64,000 nt of DNA from a virus (IMGVR_UViG_3300033463_000034), one strand, 5' to 3'; positions 45,822 to 58,927 are shown, counted from the first letter of the stretch. Notes: generated by a model not told the origin, from the sequence alone. Numbers and translations: made by a program.

Positions 45822-46194
45822 TTATCTTCTCCTCCAATTCTAAAATTTTATTTTCTAATTCTTCTATTTTTAAATCTTTTTCATCTTTAGGAATTATAAT
45901 ATCATAAGATTTAGAAATAGTTCCATCTACCTCTTTTAAACATATTTTAGTTCTAGGTTCATCTATAAATAATGTTTTTTTAGTAATAAGAATATTTGAA
46001 ATATCATCATCTTTATTTAAAAACTTGACATCTATATCTGATCCAGTTCCAGATGTAGTAGTATTAATAATATTTTGAACTGGAGCCTGTGGATTCATAA
46101 GACCTTGAGAATATTGAGCTATCATATTTTCAATATTATCTTTATAACGATAAAGTTGATTCATCATTCCCGCATTATTATAATTATATGCCAT
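45721..46194 (-). CDS. hypothetical protein with coiled coil and Thr-rich tail
   Basis: RBS GGGAGAGAAA upstream. ATG (complement 46192-46194) gives MAYNYNNAG... Confidence 0.45.
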   Translation of the reverse strand: MAYNYNNAGMMNQLYRYKDNIENMIAQYSQGLMNPQAPVQNIINTTTSGTGSDIDVKFLNKDDDISNILITKKTLFIDEPRTKICLKEVDGTISKSYDIIIPKDEKDLKIEELENKILELEEKINDKHSESIISSNDVKTTTTSIVKPVKSTTTTNF

Positions 46195-46227
46195 AATTTT
46201 CTCTCCCTTTCTAAAACACAAAAAAAC

Positions 46228-46262
46228 CATGCAATAAGGAAATGAATTTAATCCTTATTGCA
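46228..46262 (-). terminator. intrinsic terminator (minus strand)
   Basis: 14-bp stem ccatgcaataagga/tccttattgcatgg followed by T7 on the minus strand. Confidence 0.6.
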
Positions 46263-46413
46263 TGGTAATATATACTTAATCCTGCATTTAAATTTCTTTT
46301 CAATCCATTTCCCTTTATAAATTCATATAGAAAAAATATTATTTCTTTTTTCTACATTATTATTTTATTTTTAGCTTATATAAATTATAAACTTTGTCCC
46401 AATTTTTATAAAA

Positions 46414-49400
46414 TTAGCTTATTTTTTCTATTGTAAAATTACCTAATCATAATGTAGTAGTTATCCCATCTGCAGCTAAACCATAATTATAATTTATATA
46501 TGTTACATCACCAACAGCGGTAAAATTAAATGTTAATCTTTGAGTTTGAACATTTGATAAAGGAGATAAAAGAATTTCATTTATAACATTTGAATTAACT
46601 CTTTCATCACTATCAGTAGGTAATGATCTTAAAGCTTGACATGAAATACCAGTATATCCACTTAAAGGTGTATATCCATTTGGATTAAAATAATCAAATG
46701 TAACTCTATAAGTAGAACCACTTTCAGTTGCAAAAGGATAATATAATTCTTCGCAACCGCTTGATCCAACACATGATACTCTATTTAATTCAAGTTCATT
46801 ATCATAAGTAATATTTCATCTTGAACTATAATCTGATTCTTTTCAATATTTTCAATAGCAGAAATTATCATATTTGTCTATTTTAGCTTTTGTCCAATTA
46901 CCACTATTTTTAATATAACATTGTTTAGCATCTACTCAATTTCCATTAATTTTAATTTTTGGAATTCCTCTTAATCATTTTGATTGAGATTCAACAATAG
47001 ATCCAGCAGTAAAAGTACCTGTTCCAGCATTAGTAAAAAATGTATTTGAAACTAAATCATATAATCCAACTACATTATCACTATTTCTTTCCGCAGGCAC
47101 ATAATCTCTTAATAAATTACCTTCAAAATCATATAATTTTAAATAATATAATTTTAATCCTGGCGCAAGTTGAGTTGCGGAACCAACAGAGTTATTTGCA
47201 AATATATACATATTATAAGTTTCAGGTTCGTATTCACCTCTAGGAACATTATAATTATAATTAGTTCCATTAATTTTAATTTTTTCTTTAAGAATATTAA
47301 AATCAATTTCATAATCAGTATTAATTGTAAATGAAGCTATTTGTACACTTTTATTTCCTCATTGAGGACGTAATGTTGTTCCTGATTGGATTCTTATTCC
47401 ACATCCAGGTCAAATATCATCTATTACATATTCTGAAAAACATACTGAATTTCAACTATTTCCAATAGAAGTACAATTAAATTTAGTTATGATTTCTCCA
47501 ATATTAGATCCAGGAATTTCACTATTAATATATTGAGTTCCTGAATTTTGAATATAACTTAATTGAGTATATCCTGCTGGGAAATTTCTTTTAATTTTTA
47601 CTATTGGAGATTGAATAGCTGTTGTTGCATTACTTACTTTATAATCAAAAGTATCATAAGCATTTGCTCCTGTATGAGTTGCAATTACCCCATTTGCTAA
47701 ATAATAAGTAGTATTTTCTTTTAATCCATCATATACAAAAGCATCATCATCTTTATATTGTAATGCTTGGAATGATAAATCATTAAATACTCCTGTTGTA
47801 GATCCAGTACCAGCAGTATCATTTGTTAAATAAAAAGTTAAACGATAAAATGGAAAAATACTTTTATCTACATAAAAACATATTTCTTTGTTAGCAGTTG
47901 CATCTTTATATATAACTCTATTACTAGTTGGAGATCTATGAGCAGAAACAGATATTGCTCCTCAATAAGTAGAACCTCCAGTTATAGAAAAACTACCTGT
48001 TGATATTTTATAAAAAGTTTTATCTTCTAATAAATCACTAATATCTATATAAGTAGAACTTCAAGTTTGTCCTGAAGTATTTTTAACTACCGTTACTTTA
48101 GTTGCACTATTAACAGTTACGTCAGATTGAGGATCTCCATTTCTTAAATCTATTTCTGAATTTTTATTTGTTCAAATTCCATAATAATAATTTAAAGTTC
48201 TAGAAGGTGTTATAGATGCGGCAATGGAATCTTTTATACTATTTGGAGTAATACGATTAATAATAGGATCTGATACAGTTGGTAAAGGTAAATATGTAGA
48301 TTGTGTTCATGTAGTAGAAGTGTCACTCATAGAATGAGAATATGAACCATAACTTAAACTTCATGCTTTAACTTTAAAACTGTAATCTGTATCTGGAGAT
48401 AATCCAGTCCAAGTATAATAAGGGCTGTCATCAACAAATGCTACATAATCTCCTGTAGAATTTGTTCCAAAATAAATATTACTAAATGTTTGACTTTGTC
48501 CACTTACATCAATATCAAATCTTAAACATGCATATACCGCATTGCTAGGTGAAGTAAATGATGCAACACGTCTTTCTGAAGTTGCTGCATCTGAAAATGC
48601 TGCATGACTTAAATAATTTCAATTTGTGTCATATCAAAATACAAAAGCCTGAGTTTGAACATTTGCATTACTTGGAGTATAACCAAAATAATATAAAGTA
48701 TTAGGAGCAACAGGAAAACCATATTTTCCAACTATACCTTTTTGAACTTCTGTAACAGATGATGAAGTCATATGATAAGTATTTGTATAACTATCACTAT
48801 CTATTGAAGTAAAAGTTATACTAGTTCCGCTTATTGTAGCTGAAGCTCCACCTTTAACAGCTACTCCGCAATTTGCTCATCTTTGAAAATTAAATAAATT
48901 TCTATTATTTCTTTTTCAAGTTGTTCCACCATCAGAACTAAATAAATATTCTAAAGGAGTTCTATATCCAGTAGCAGTAACTCTTTGTCTAATAGAAGTT
49001 GTTGTTACATTATCAAAATAATGATCTGCAATAGTAACCTCACTTAATAAAGTTGAATAAGAAATTGTAGACGATGTAGATGTTCCAACTGAATTAGTAG
49101 CAGTAAAATATATTGTATAATCTTGATCTGTTACTAATCCTGTAATTTGTTTTGAAGTAGAAGTTCCTGCACTAACACTAGAATAATTTGAATCAGTTGG
49201 TCTCTTATAATAAATAGTATAATTTGTTATAGGAGTCCCTGAATCTGCAGTAGCACTAAAACTAACTGTAATAGTATTATAAGTATGTGCAGTTGCAGAA
49301 ATTGTTAAATTACTAGGTTTGTTTCCAGTTGTTTTTCCTTGTACTGAACTATAAACATATGGACTTTCATTTCCACTTGCAGAAGAAGTTGTTTTAGCTC

Positions 49401-49995
49401 TTAAATAAAAAGTATATGTAGTATTAGGAGTTAAACTACTAAATACATTACTACTTTGTCATGAACTATTATCTCTTGAATATTCAACAGTAGGTGTTGT
49501 AGTATTTAAATTTAAATATAATTGTGGATTTCCACTATCTGTTGTTTTGTTAAATATATAATTATTTGTTGAACCTCCTGTATTATGAATCTGTAATCAA
49601 AATGCTTGATTTCCTGATGGAACTATACCAACATTAAAATTGTCAGTAACATATTTATTTTGAGCATTATCTTTTCATTCCCAATAAGCTCCATTAGATG
49701 TATTTAAGAAAAAGTGAACATTTTGATTAATAACTGTAGAACCAAATCCCATATTAACTCAACAGTTATTATATCTACTATAACTATTTGATGAACCACG
49801 TCTTCCACGCATATTATTTATAAAAAATGAACCTGTAGTAGGTGCGGCAATAGAACTTGATAAAGTTATTTGAGTTTGTGCATTAGAAGCAGTAAAGGAA
49901 GTTACTGAAGGTGCATTTGGTACAAAAGATCAATAAGTCATTAATCTCATCCCAGTACTATTAGTACAAACAATATTAGTAAAAATTGCTGCCAT
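46414..49995 (-). CDS. large tail protein with fibronectin type III-like repeat and C-terminal lectin-like domain, about 1190 aa; very Trp(TGA)-rich
   Basis: RBS AGGAAG upstream of ATG (complement 49993-49995). Stop hand-indexed at 46414-46416. FN3-like segment TISATAHTYNTITVSFSA...YTIYF. Confidence 0.5.
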
Positions 49996-50013
49996 ATTAT
50001 AACTTCCTTTCTA

Positions 50014-51228
50014 TTAAATTAACACATATAAATCTCCGTCTGCTCCAATTGAAGCTGATGGAGTTGTAGATCCAGAATAAATTTCATGAGTGGCTCCTCC
50101 ACCACCAGATGAAGCAATTGATTGACCTAACCAAACAAAGTTAGTTCCATCATACATGTATATAACAGGCTTATTTGCTGTTCCTATAATATCTAAATTT
50201 GCAGTAGTAATTAAAGCTCCATTATATTTAATGCTTTTAGCTCCTTTACTATTAACATTTAAAGTTGGATTTGAAGCACTGTTTGTATTTGTAAAATTAA
50301 TTACTACAATAGCACCTGTTTGTAAATTTCAATTACTATTTTCAGATACTGTAACTACTTTTGCGGCAGTTGCTGCAGCAGTATCACAAGTTGCATAAGT
50401 AATATTTGTATAATCTATTTTTGCTTTATCAGTAGTAGACATTAAACCATGAGTTGATGTAGTTGCATCATTATAAGTTGTATCTGTAAATTTTGCTCCA
50501 CTAGGAACATTTTCAGCTACTGTTTTTCCATTAACTGTTGCGGCATCACCAGTAATACTTGCAGTTAATTTACCATCTGTTCTGAAATAATAATTTGTTC
50601 CATCATAATAAGTTAAATAAGAACCTGCAGGTAATGTATAGTTAGTTGAACTTGAAGCTGTACCATTAATATAAATTGGACAAGCTGTTTTACTATTAAC
50701 TTTAAATGTTAATGCAGATGCACTAGTATTTGAATTTTTAATAATTACATGTAAATATGAATTATTTAATAAAACATAATCAGTGCAAGATGCTGTTTTA
50801 GCAGCAGTATCTGCGGCAGTAGTACAATAAGCTGATGGAATTGTATTTGAATTATCATTTGCATCATATCCGCCACTTATCCAAACCCAATATGTTCCAT
50901 CATATTGATAAAATAATGTTCTATTAGCATAACCAGTAATCATTGAAGAATTTCCAGTATAAGGTATATTTGTACTATATACTATACTTATATCTCCAGT
51001 TTCATTAACATTAAGTGTACATGATGAAGCACTATTAGTATTTGTAAATTTAACACCTATAATATCTCCTGTTTGTAAATTCCAAGTAGGATCTGCAATA
51101 GTAACTACTTTAGCTGCGGTTGCCGCTGCAGTGCTACAAGTACCATAAGCAAGTTTTGGAGAACTATTATAAATATTTCCAATAAACTTTGAATCACCAG
51201 TAACTATTAAATCTTTTAATTGTGCCAT
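50014..51228 (-). CDS. tail fibre protein with internal repeats (TC[SD]TAAATAAKVVT x2), about 404 aa
   Basis: RBS GGAGGAAAAAGG upstream. Translation MAQLKDLIVTGDSKF. Frame continues past TGA at 50329 to TAA at 50014. Confidence 0.55.
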
Positions 51229-51245
51229 GTCCTTTTTCCTCCTTC

Positions 51246-53723
51246 TTATATTTCAATAAAATTGTTTGAAACAATTTTATTACCTTCATAAATTTGTGCA
51301 TTTGGTATCGAATACCCTATTTTTAATTGAGTTTTTATATCATTACTTGTAACATTAATGTTATTTTCATCAAGATACAATTTAATACTATTAAGTTGAT
51401 TAATTAATTCTTTATCAGTAATAGTTTCATAAATTGGATTTTCTAATACATAATATACTGTTGTGTTATGTGTTAATAATCAATCTTTAAAACCTGTGAC
51501 ATCTATACTAGATAATCTATTTCTTTTTATTTCAAAATATATTGCATCATTAGCAGTACCATATCCTTCATTGCCATCTTGTGAACTTTGGCTATAACTA
51601 AAATAATTACAATATTTATTATTACCATATGGCATAATAAAATTTGATAAATTAAAAGATATTGTTGTACTTCCATCACCTGTATTTCTTTGTGTATAAT
51701 TTTCACTACCATCTAAAACAACCTTACCAATATTTCTCTTAATAAATAAATCTTTTTTATAAGGTTCATATGATGTGGCTATACTTCCTTTTTCAATTTG
51801 AATATATGTTGAAAAATTAATAACATTTTGGAATTGCAAATAATAACAATTATTTGGTGTTGTGAATGTATATTTATTTAATGAATTAATTATATTATCT
51901 GAACGACTTATCCATACTTTTTCTTTTGTATAATAATATATTCTTGATACTGCACTTGTTAAAACACCACTTATTGTATAAGTAGTATTTGGTTCTACTA
52001 ATGTATAAGATGTTGTATAATTACCACCTATATTTGCTGTTTCATTTCCACTATCATCTTTTGCATAATCATTTTTTATAGTTTGATTATCTTCATCAAA
52101 TAAATTTTTTCCATTATTGCTAATTAATTCATCTTGATAACTACCAATACCATATAATTTTATTGGTGTTTTGTATGGTACATAATCTGTTGCGGTAGAA
52201 CCTTTTTCTAACATTGGATTGTTAACTTCGCAAGTATCTCCAATACCAACAGCTTCACTTGAACTAACATATATACCGATTCTTATTTTTGAATTTGTAT
52301 TTCCGCTATTAAATGTATATGAACCATTACTATCTATTGTTCCTTGTGCAATATAAGAACTTCACATGGTTCCTACATATATTGTTAAATTATTTTTTGT
52401 AACATCTTTTATTTTGTAGTCTCCCATACTAAATGTATAATTTGTATTAGGTTCAGGAATAAAATCTCAAGTTATAGGAAAACTATTTTCATTAGCAGTA
52501 TTAGATGTAGCAATAACTTTATTTTCACTACCTACAACTGTATATTGAGTACTATATGATGAACTAGCAGTTAAATTATTAATTAAATTTTTTCCTAAAT
52601 TTAATTTAAAATTTTGTCCTTTATAGGATTCATAAGTCATATCTTCATCATCTATTGTTAATACCATATCAGTAAAATCTATATAATCATTTTGATTTAT
52701 TGTACCTGCTTCTGTATTTACATATAAATTTAAATACAAATATGTTTGATTTCCACTTAATTCTGGTACTATAAAACTTACAATACCACCACTTGTGCTG
52801 CTAGTACTTTTTGAAGTTCTATTACTTCCATCTGCATTACATAATCCTATAATATATCTTCCTCTATTAGAAGAACTTGCAATAAATTTTGCTTTAAATC
52901 TAATTGTTTTCCCAACATAATTTGATAAATCCATTATTGTATAAATTAAAAATTGAGTTGTTGCTGATGCTGTACTAGAAGTATATGTTAATCTTTTTCC
53001 TGTATCTAATGTAGTATCAGTTATTACAGAATATTGACCTTGTGTTTTTCTTACAATTGATTTATCAAAATAATTTTTTCCACATATATTAATATTTTGT
53101 TCTCCTGTAACAATTTTTATATCTTGTGGATAATCTGGATTTGGACTTGCAATTCCACCAACATAAGGTTCATAATCAGTTGCTGGTGAACCTAATTCCA
53201 ATTGAGGTTTTATTTGTACATTTTCTAATTTTGTTCCATTTGATATTCTTATTGTAAATCTTACATTTTGAGTAGTATCATTAGTAAATGTTGTATTATT
53301 ATTTAGTAAAGTAAATCTTGTTAAACTACCGGATAAATTTGTTGTTGTATCCTGTAATCTTAAACTTATATAATCATTTGTATTAGTAGATGAAAAATTA
53401 TTATTTGCACTTAATGAATAAGTTCCTTGTTTTAATTCAAATTGATTAGTTCTTACAACAAAATCTGTTGTACAAGTTCCATTTAATGTTATAGAACCAT
53501 CTCTATTATTTGTAATAGTTATTCCATTTATTTCTTGAGTTGTTAATGTTGATAAGTTTAATAAATTCTTTCCAGTGTATTGTTGTTGTTCACATTTACC
53601 TTTCAATGCTATTAAAGAAGGATTTTCTGATGTATTATTTTTCATATTGAAATTAAAACCTTCTGCAGTTTTAAATTCTTGTATATTTTCATTTTCTCAA
53701 ATACCATTTTTATAAATACTCAT
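51246..53723 (-). CDS. receptor-binding-like protein built from repeated beta-sandwich modules (EKGSxATDYEPY repeated at least 3 times), about 825 aa
   Basis: RBS GAGGAGGAA upstream of ATG (complement 53721-53723). Track ORFs 52467 and 51480 are in frame. Stop at 51246. Confidence 0.5.
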
Positions 53724-53725
53724 AA

Positions 53726-54970
53726 TTATTCCTCCTCTATAAATTCATATGAATAAGAATTTCCTTTATTATCTATAATAGCAAAAGCCTCATATAATTG
53801 TTTTACATCATTTGCAGAAAGTGCTGTGACATAAAAACGTAAATCACTCATATATCCTTGAAATTGTCCAGTATTTTTTCTTCCGCCAATATTTAAAACT
53901 TCTTTACTATAAACAGTTCCATTTGTTGAAATTTGTTGATTTTGAATTCCATTTATATATAAAGTTAAAGTTTGTGCCGTACTATTATGAACTAAAGTAA
54001 GATATTGTCAAACATTATCAGTTGCATTTCATGTTCCTACATGTGCAGTTCCTGAAGAATCATATATAAAAAATCTATTTTTTTCAAGAGCAACTGTAAT
54101 AGCATTTGCATTATCTCCTGCATAATAACAAGTTCCATCTGTATGATAAAATCATCCACTAATAGTAAAATCTTTTGAATTAGCTAATACATTTCCGATA
54201 GAAACATTTAATAATTGAGATCCTGTAAAAATTGCACTTTTATCATATCTAGGACTTTCATTATTTAAAGTTAAAGTTCCTACACTAGTTGTATTATAAC
54301 CATTTCCACTTACATCAGTATTAATAAAATCTAAATTATTTAATTTATAATGACATATTAAACCTTTACTTAATTCTTTTATCTCTTTTGTAGATAAAGC
54401 CTCATCATAAAGTCTAAAATCATTTAATAAACCTTTAAATTTATACCCATTTGCAATTCATCCTATATACATTTGAGTTTCTGGTATAGAATAAATTTCA
54501 GAACAAGCTACAGTTTTTTCTAATATACCATCAATATATAAACGAAGTTTTTCTCCATTAAAAGTTCCACATATATGATGTCATTTACCATCTTTAACAC
54601 TTGATGTTGAATAAGCTACAGTTCTATGACCTTCTGTATCAGTTCCATCTTGTGTAGTTCAAAATCTAATACGACCATCATCATAAATATCAAAATGATA
54701 TTGATTATGATAACCTCTTCCACAAAGTCTTCTTCAAGTTTGCGTAGCTGGAACATCTTCATCTTTTATTCAAATACTCATAGTAAAACTTGTTGTATAA
54801 TTTCCAACACTTGAAGTAGGAGTAGTTAAATAACTATCTCCATCAAAACTATAACACTTTCCTATTTTACCTGTATCACTAACAGTGGCATTAATATTTG
54901 CAAACCTAAGATTACTTAAACCTTTATTTTTTAAATCGCCATTAAGAGGCAGCCAAACACGTAAAGCCAT
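53726..54970 (-). CDS. tandem concanavalin-A/LamG-like lectin-domain protein
   Basis: RBS GGAGGTAAT upstream. Two LamG-type ends (FRLYDEALSTKEI and LRFYVTALSANDV). Its stop overlaps the next RBS. Confidence 0.5.
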
Positions 54971-54983
54971 ATTTGATTACCTC

Positions 54984-56393
54984 CTAAGCAAAAATAAATT
55001 CTATACATTTATCTGTTGAATTATATTGCATTGTTGCAGCAGTTCCACCAACTTGCACTGATTTAGTAGTAAGAACCCCATCAGTAGCATATATTTCATT
55101 ATCTGAATAAGTTTGTGGATTAGCAGCTTGACTAGTTGCACCAATTAAATAAATTTTACTTGATGTATCTGTTGAGCCAGCAGTATTTTTAGTATTTGTA
55201 TAACAAGCAGTTGGAATAGTTCCACTTAATTTAGTTGCATCTAAAGTAGAAGCAGCAGTAAGTGGAGTAATTGTTTCACTACCTAAAGTAATAGTGCCAT
55301 TTTCTAATTTAGCATCTGTAATTCCATAACCACTTATTGTAGTTGGATTAGTTCCCCCAGTAACATGTCCTGTTTCATTAACTGTTACAGAAGTATAAGT
55401 TCCAGCTGTAACTCCTGAATTAGCGTGTGATATTGTTCTAGTACCACTTGTTGTAATTGCACTTGTACTATTTACTGCAATAGGTGAAGTAGCTTTTATA
55501 ACAATACTTGTTACAGTTCCACTTGGTTCATCTCCAGAAGGAATTAATTCCCAAGTATTTGCATTAGAAGTTTTTGTTAAACATATAAAAGTATCTCCAA
55601 TCTTTGCATTTTGAGATGCATATACTCCAGCAGTAATAACTTTATAAGTATCACCAACATCTGCAGAACCATCAACAGGTAAATCAGTAATAGTTCCATC
55701 TGTTCCTAAACTACCTTTAAATACCATTGGTTCTGGTAAATTATCAATAGCAGTTTTAACAAATGAAGTTGTTGCTATTTGATCTGTATTAGTACCAGCA
55801 TCCGCAGTTGGTGCACTTGGAATACCATTTACAATACTAATAGCTTCTTTATAATTATTACTTACTGTATTACCTAAAGATAATCTAGCATTTGCATCAT
55901 CTGTAGTTGTAAGAGCTGTAACGCCAGTATCTGCAGTAGTAGAAGCGTAATTTAATTTAAAACCATCTGAAGATCCAGTTACCTCTATAATATTTGTTGA
56001 AGCAACAGTCCCACTACCAGCTAAAGTATTTTTTAATACACTAGCTTCAGTAGCATAAGGTACTGTAATTGATTGAGCGCTTCCAGAACTAGGTGTTAAT
56101 TTAATTTGTTTATTTGTTGTATCTGCCTCTAATAAATAAGTAGTATTATTATCAGGCATTGTAATTTCATGAGATGTTCCACTTGGATCTGTAAAAATTA
56201 ATTTATGAGTATCAGTTCCATCTTGAATTAAATTATAAGAACTAATTTCAATACGATTTGAATTAGTTTGATCTAAATATAATCTTTTTGTATCTGTTAC
56301 AAAAATAAGTTGCCCTGCAGTAATAGGTAAAGAAGAAAGATTAGTATTAGTTGTTTGATAAAATTTTACTAATGTTCTGTTTGTTTCAGCCAT
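54984..56393 (-). CDS. tail fibre protein
   Basis: RBS GGAGGAAAT upstream. N-terminal anchor motif GQLIFVTDTKRLYLD, then Thr/Ser-rich shaft. Confidence 0.55.
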   Translation of the reverse strand: MAETNRTLVKFYQTTNTNLSSLPITAGQLIFVTDTKRLYLDQTNSNRIEISSYNLIQDGTDTHKLIFTDPSGTSHEITMPDNNTTYLLEADTTNKQIKLTPSSGSAQSITVPYATEASVLKNTLAGSGTVASTNIIEVTGSSDGFKLNYASTTADTGVTALTTTDDANARLSLGNTVSNNYKEAISIVNGIPSAPTADAGTNTDQIATTSFVKTAIDNLPEPMVFKGSLGTDGTITDLPVDGSADVGDTYKVITAGVYASQNAKIGDTFICLTKTSNANTWELIPSGDEPSGTVTSIVIKATSPIAVNSTSAITTSGTRTISHANSGVTAGTYTSVTVNETGHVTGGTNPTTISGYGITDAKLENGTITLGSETITPLTAASTLDATKLSGTIPTACYTNTKNTAGSTDTSSKIYLIGATSQAANPQTYSDNEIYATDGVLTTKSVQVGGTAATMQYNSTDKCIEFIFA

Positions 56394-56409
56394 TTTATTT
56401 CCTCCTTCA

Positions 56410-56450
56410 TATTATTGCGGAAGATCTCGATTTAATATTCTTTAAATCGG
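56410..56450. other. GC-containing imperfect stem-loop between fibre genes
   Basis: gatctcgatttaa / ttaaatcgggatc with one mismatch, flanked by gcggaag and agcgcc. Confidence 0.3.
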
Positions 56451-56471
56451 GATCCAGCGCCTTTATTTACA

Positions 56472-57824
56472 TTAAGCTGAATAAGTTTCCCAAGCTAGGA
56501 TACTTTCAGCGTAAGCTTTTGCTCCATAGATTGTATTTGCAGTAGCAGTGTCTGAAGCAGTTCCTATTGCTGTACTTAATGCAGCAGCAGCACTACCACT
56601 TGCATCATAAGCACTACTTGCAGTATAAGCAGCTGATCCTAAACCATGGACACTAACTTCTGCAGTTGTTCCACCAGTATTAACACTAATTGTACCATTA
56701 TTAGATCCTTCAGCTACGCTTCTAACTGCGTTATCAGCTAAAGTTCCTTGAGCAGCAGTTGCATAATTTGAAGCTAAACTATCTGCATATTTTTTAGCAC
56801 CATAAATAGTATTAGCAGTTGCAGCATCACTACTTGAACCAATAACTTCTGATTTAACTGTTGCAGCAGCTCCGCTAGCATCATAAGCTGATGAAGCAGT
56901 ATAAGCAGCACTACCTAAACCATAAACTGCAACATCTGTACCATCAACTGCAATTGTACCATTAGTAGCACCAGTTGTAATATCTGCAGCTTGTAATGCG
57001 CTATCAGCAGCATTAATTGAGCTTTGTAATGAACTAGATAATTTTGCTTTTGTTACATTAGCATCTAAAATTTTTGCAGTTGTAACAGCATCATCAGCTA
57101 ATTCTGTAGCAGTAACTGATCCAGCTACGATTGAACCACTAATTACATTAGCATTACTAATAGCTAATTGAATTTGACTAGCATTTTGTTCTGCAGTATA
57201 AATATCTACTAAATCTTTAGCAGCAATATATAATACATCACTTGAGCTATTAGCGATTTGTAATTTAATATATTTACCAGCATCTGCAGCAGTAGCAGTT
57301 CCACCTTGACCTTTGATTTTTTCAGTTACATCTGTTTGTCCATCATATAATTTTCCATCTTCAGAGTTATAAGTGATATCTACAACAGATCCACTTTCAA
57401 CTACCATATCTTTTGGAATATCAATATTTACATTTAATCCTGTAGCAGATTGAACTACATTATATCTTTTTGAATATGGATCCCCAGTTTGTCCTGAAGT
57501 TTCAGTAATTGCTACTGTATAATTAGTTTGACTAGGTACATTAACGTATAATCCTTTTTCTCCTGCTCCAGTTTGTAAACTTAAACTATTTCCTGATTTT
57601 TCAGAAATTTGAACTTTAATTTTTTTATTATCTGAAACTACAATTGAATCATCTTTACCTTCAACAGCAGTTAAGAAACTTGATAAATCTTGATCTGTTA
57701 AATGTCTTTCTCCTAGATATAATTCATTAGTATCAGTTAATAAATAAAAATAATCTGCATTAACTGTTCCTGCAGTTTTTAATGCAGCATATTCACTAGC
57801 TAAAATTTTAATAAATTTAATCAT
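56472..57824 (-). CDS. tail fibre protein with tandem repeats (YGLGSAAYTASSAYDASG and TATANTIYGAK[KA]YA, each x2)
   Basis: RBS GAAAGGAAG upstream. N-terminal YFYLLTDTNELYLG motif. Confidence 0.55.
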   Translation of the reverse strand: MIKFIKILASEYAALKTAGTVNADYFYLLTDTNELYLGERHLTDQDLSSFLTAVEGKDDSIVVSDNKKIKVQISEKSGNSLSLQTGAGEKGLYVNVPSQTNYTVAITETSGQTGDPYSKRYNVVQSATGLNVNIDIPKDMVVESGSVVDITYNSEDGKLYDGQTDVTEKIKGQGGTATAADAGKYIKLQIANSSSDVLYIAAKDLVDIYTAEQNASQIQLAISNANVISGSIVAGSVTATELADDAVTTAKILDANVTKAKLSSSLQSSINAADSALQAADITTGATNGTIAVDGTDVAVYGLGSAAYTASSAYDASGAAATVKSEVIGSSSDAATANTIYGAKKYADSLASNYATAAQGTLADNAVRSVAEGSNNGTISVNTGGTTAEVSVHGLGSAAYTASSAYDASGSAAAALSTAIGTASDTATANTIYGAKAYAESILAWETYSA

Positions 57825-57848
57825 ATTTTTTCTTCCTTTCTTTTATTA

Positions 57849-58286
57849 TTAAATTGATTGATTAGAATAATTTTCCCAATCATTTCCGCCTAATCGATAA
57901 TAACTATCCATTTCTCCATTTCAACGATACATTTTATCATTTTTTACATAGATAACATCTTCAATTCCTATATAAGGTAAATCACCATCTATAAAAATTA
58001 TATTAGGCTCTTCTTGTCCTGTCATTTGAATCCATTCACCGAAATAACTCCATAAAGTATTAGTACTCATTACATAGTAATATCCTTCAAAAGGAGATTC
58101 AATAGCTAATCTAGCTTCTTCATCGGCTACATTTAAAATTGATTGATAAGGTGTTCTCTCATCATTAACATCTAAATATATTGCTCTAGTATCTGAACAG
58201 AAAATTAATTGTCCTGCTTTAACTTCTATATATGGAAGTTTATTAGATGTAGTAGCAATAAAATGCATACTTGGTTTAACAGCCAT
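57849..58286 (-). CDS. short fibre/anchor protein sharing the N-terminal motif (GQLIFCSDTRAIYLD)
   Basis: Track ORF 57921 continues across one TGA. Ends in three consecutive TAA codons at 57843-57851. Confidence 0.45.
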
Positions 58287-58302
58287 ATTTTATTCCTCCT
58301 TT

Positions 58303-58653
58303 TTAAAAAATATCTAATACTAAAGAACCATCAATACTTTCGATTACATCTTGAATGATTTCTTCTTTATCCTCGCCAGTATAGTAATCTACTCCTTTTT
58401 GAGGAATGTACATAGGAACTTCTCCTGAATCAATAGTATCACCATTTGACATAGTACATATTAAATGATTATCTTCATTAATATAAACGTCAATTATAGA
58501 AATACCATCTTCTGGAGCTGGGAAATCAATCTCTAAAATTTCTCCGCTTTTTGTTTCAATATAAAGTGTAGTCTCTTCAACCCACATTCTTTCAATTCCT
58601 GAAGCGGCTGCACCTGCTATTTTTTTACAAAGAGCATATGTAACTATATCCAT
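58303..58653 (-). CDS. hypothetical protein
   Basis: 116 aa acidic protein. Confidence 0.4.
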   Translation of the reverse strand: MDIVTYALCKKIAGAAASGIERMWVEETTLYIETKSGEILEIDFPAPEDGISIIDVYINEDNHLICTMSNGDTIDSGEVPMYIPQKGVDYYTGEDKEEIIQDVIESIDGSLVLDIF

Positions 58654-58683
58654 ACTATCTTCCTTTCTTCCTCAAAAATTTTA

Positions 58684-58869
58684 TTGAGCAATTCATTCTT
58701 TTTGAGAATTTAGAATATAAACAGCACCAGTTGCAATGATGTAAGCTACACTCCCTGCAACAATATTAGGGAATTTTGTAAGAACTTGATTTAATTCACT
58801 TGCGGAATCTAGGAACACTTCCATATAATTATAATCAGTTCTTCCACCTTGTTTAACTATTTGCATATT
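58684..58869 (-). CDS. small protein with C-terminal hydrophobic segment (about 61 aa; bounds approximate)
   Basis: RBS GGAGGAGTG upstream. MQIVKQGGRTDYNYMEVF... Confidence 0.3.
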
Positions 58870-58927
58870 ACACTCCTCCTTCTGAAACTATTTAAAAATT
58901 GCCTTTTTTCTATTTTCTTAATTTGAC

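Noticed and set aside
43800-46420. tRNA or ncRNA genes in the larger intergenic gaps (43784-43891, 44871-44961, 46195-46418, 58870-58970, 7068-7194)
   Set aside because: The sequences form simple hairpin plus T-run terminators or AT-rich spacers. No cloverleaf or T-loop GTTC features were seen.
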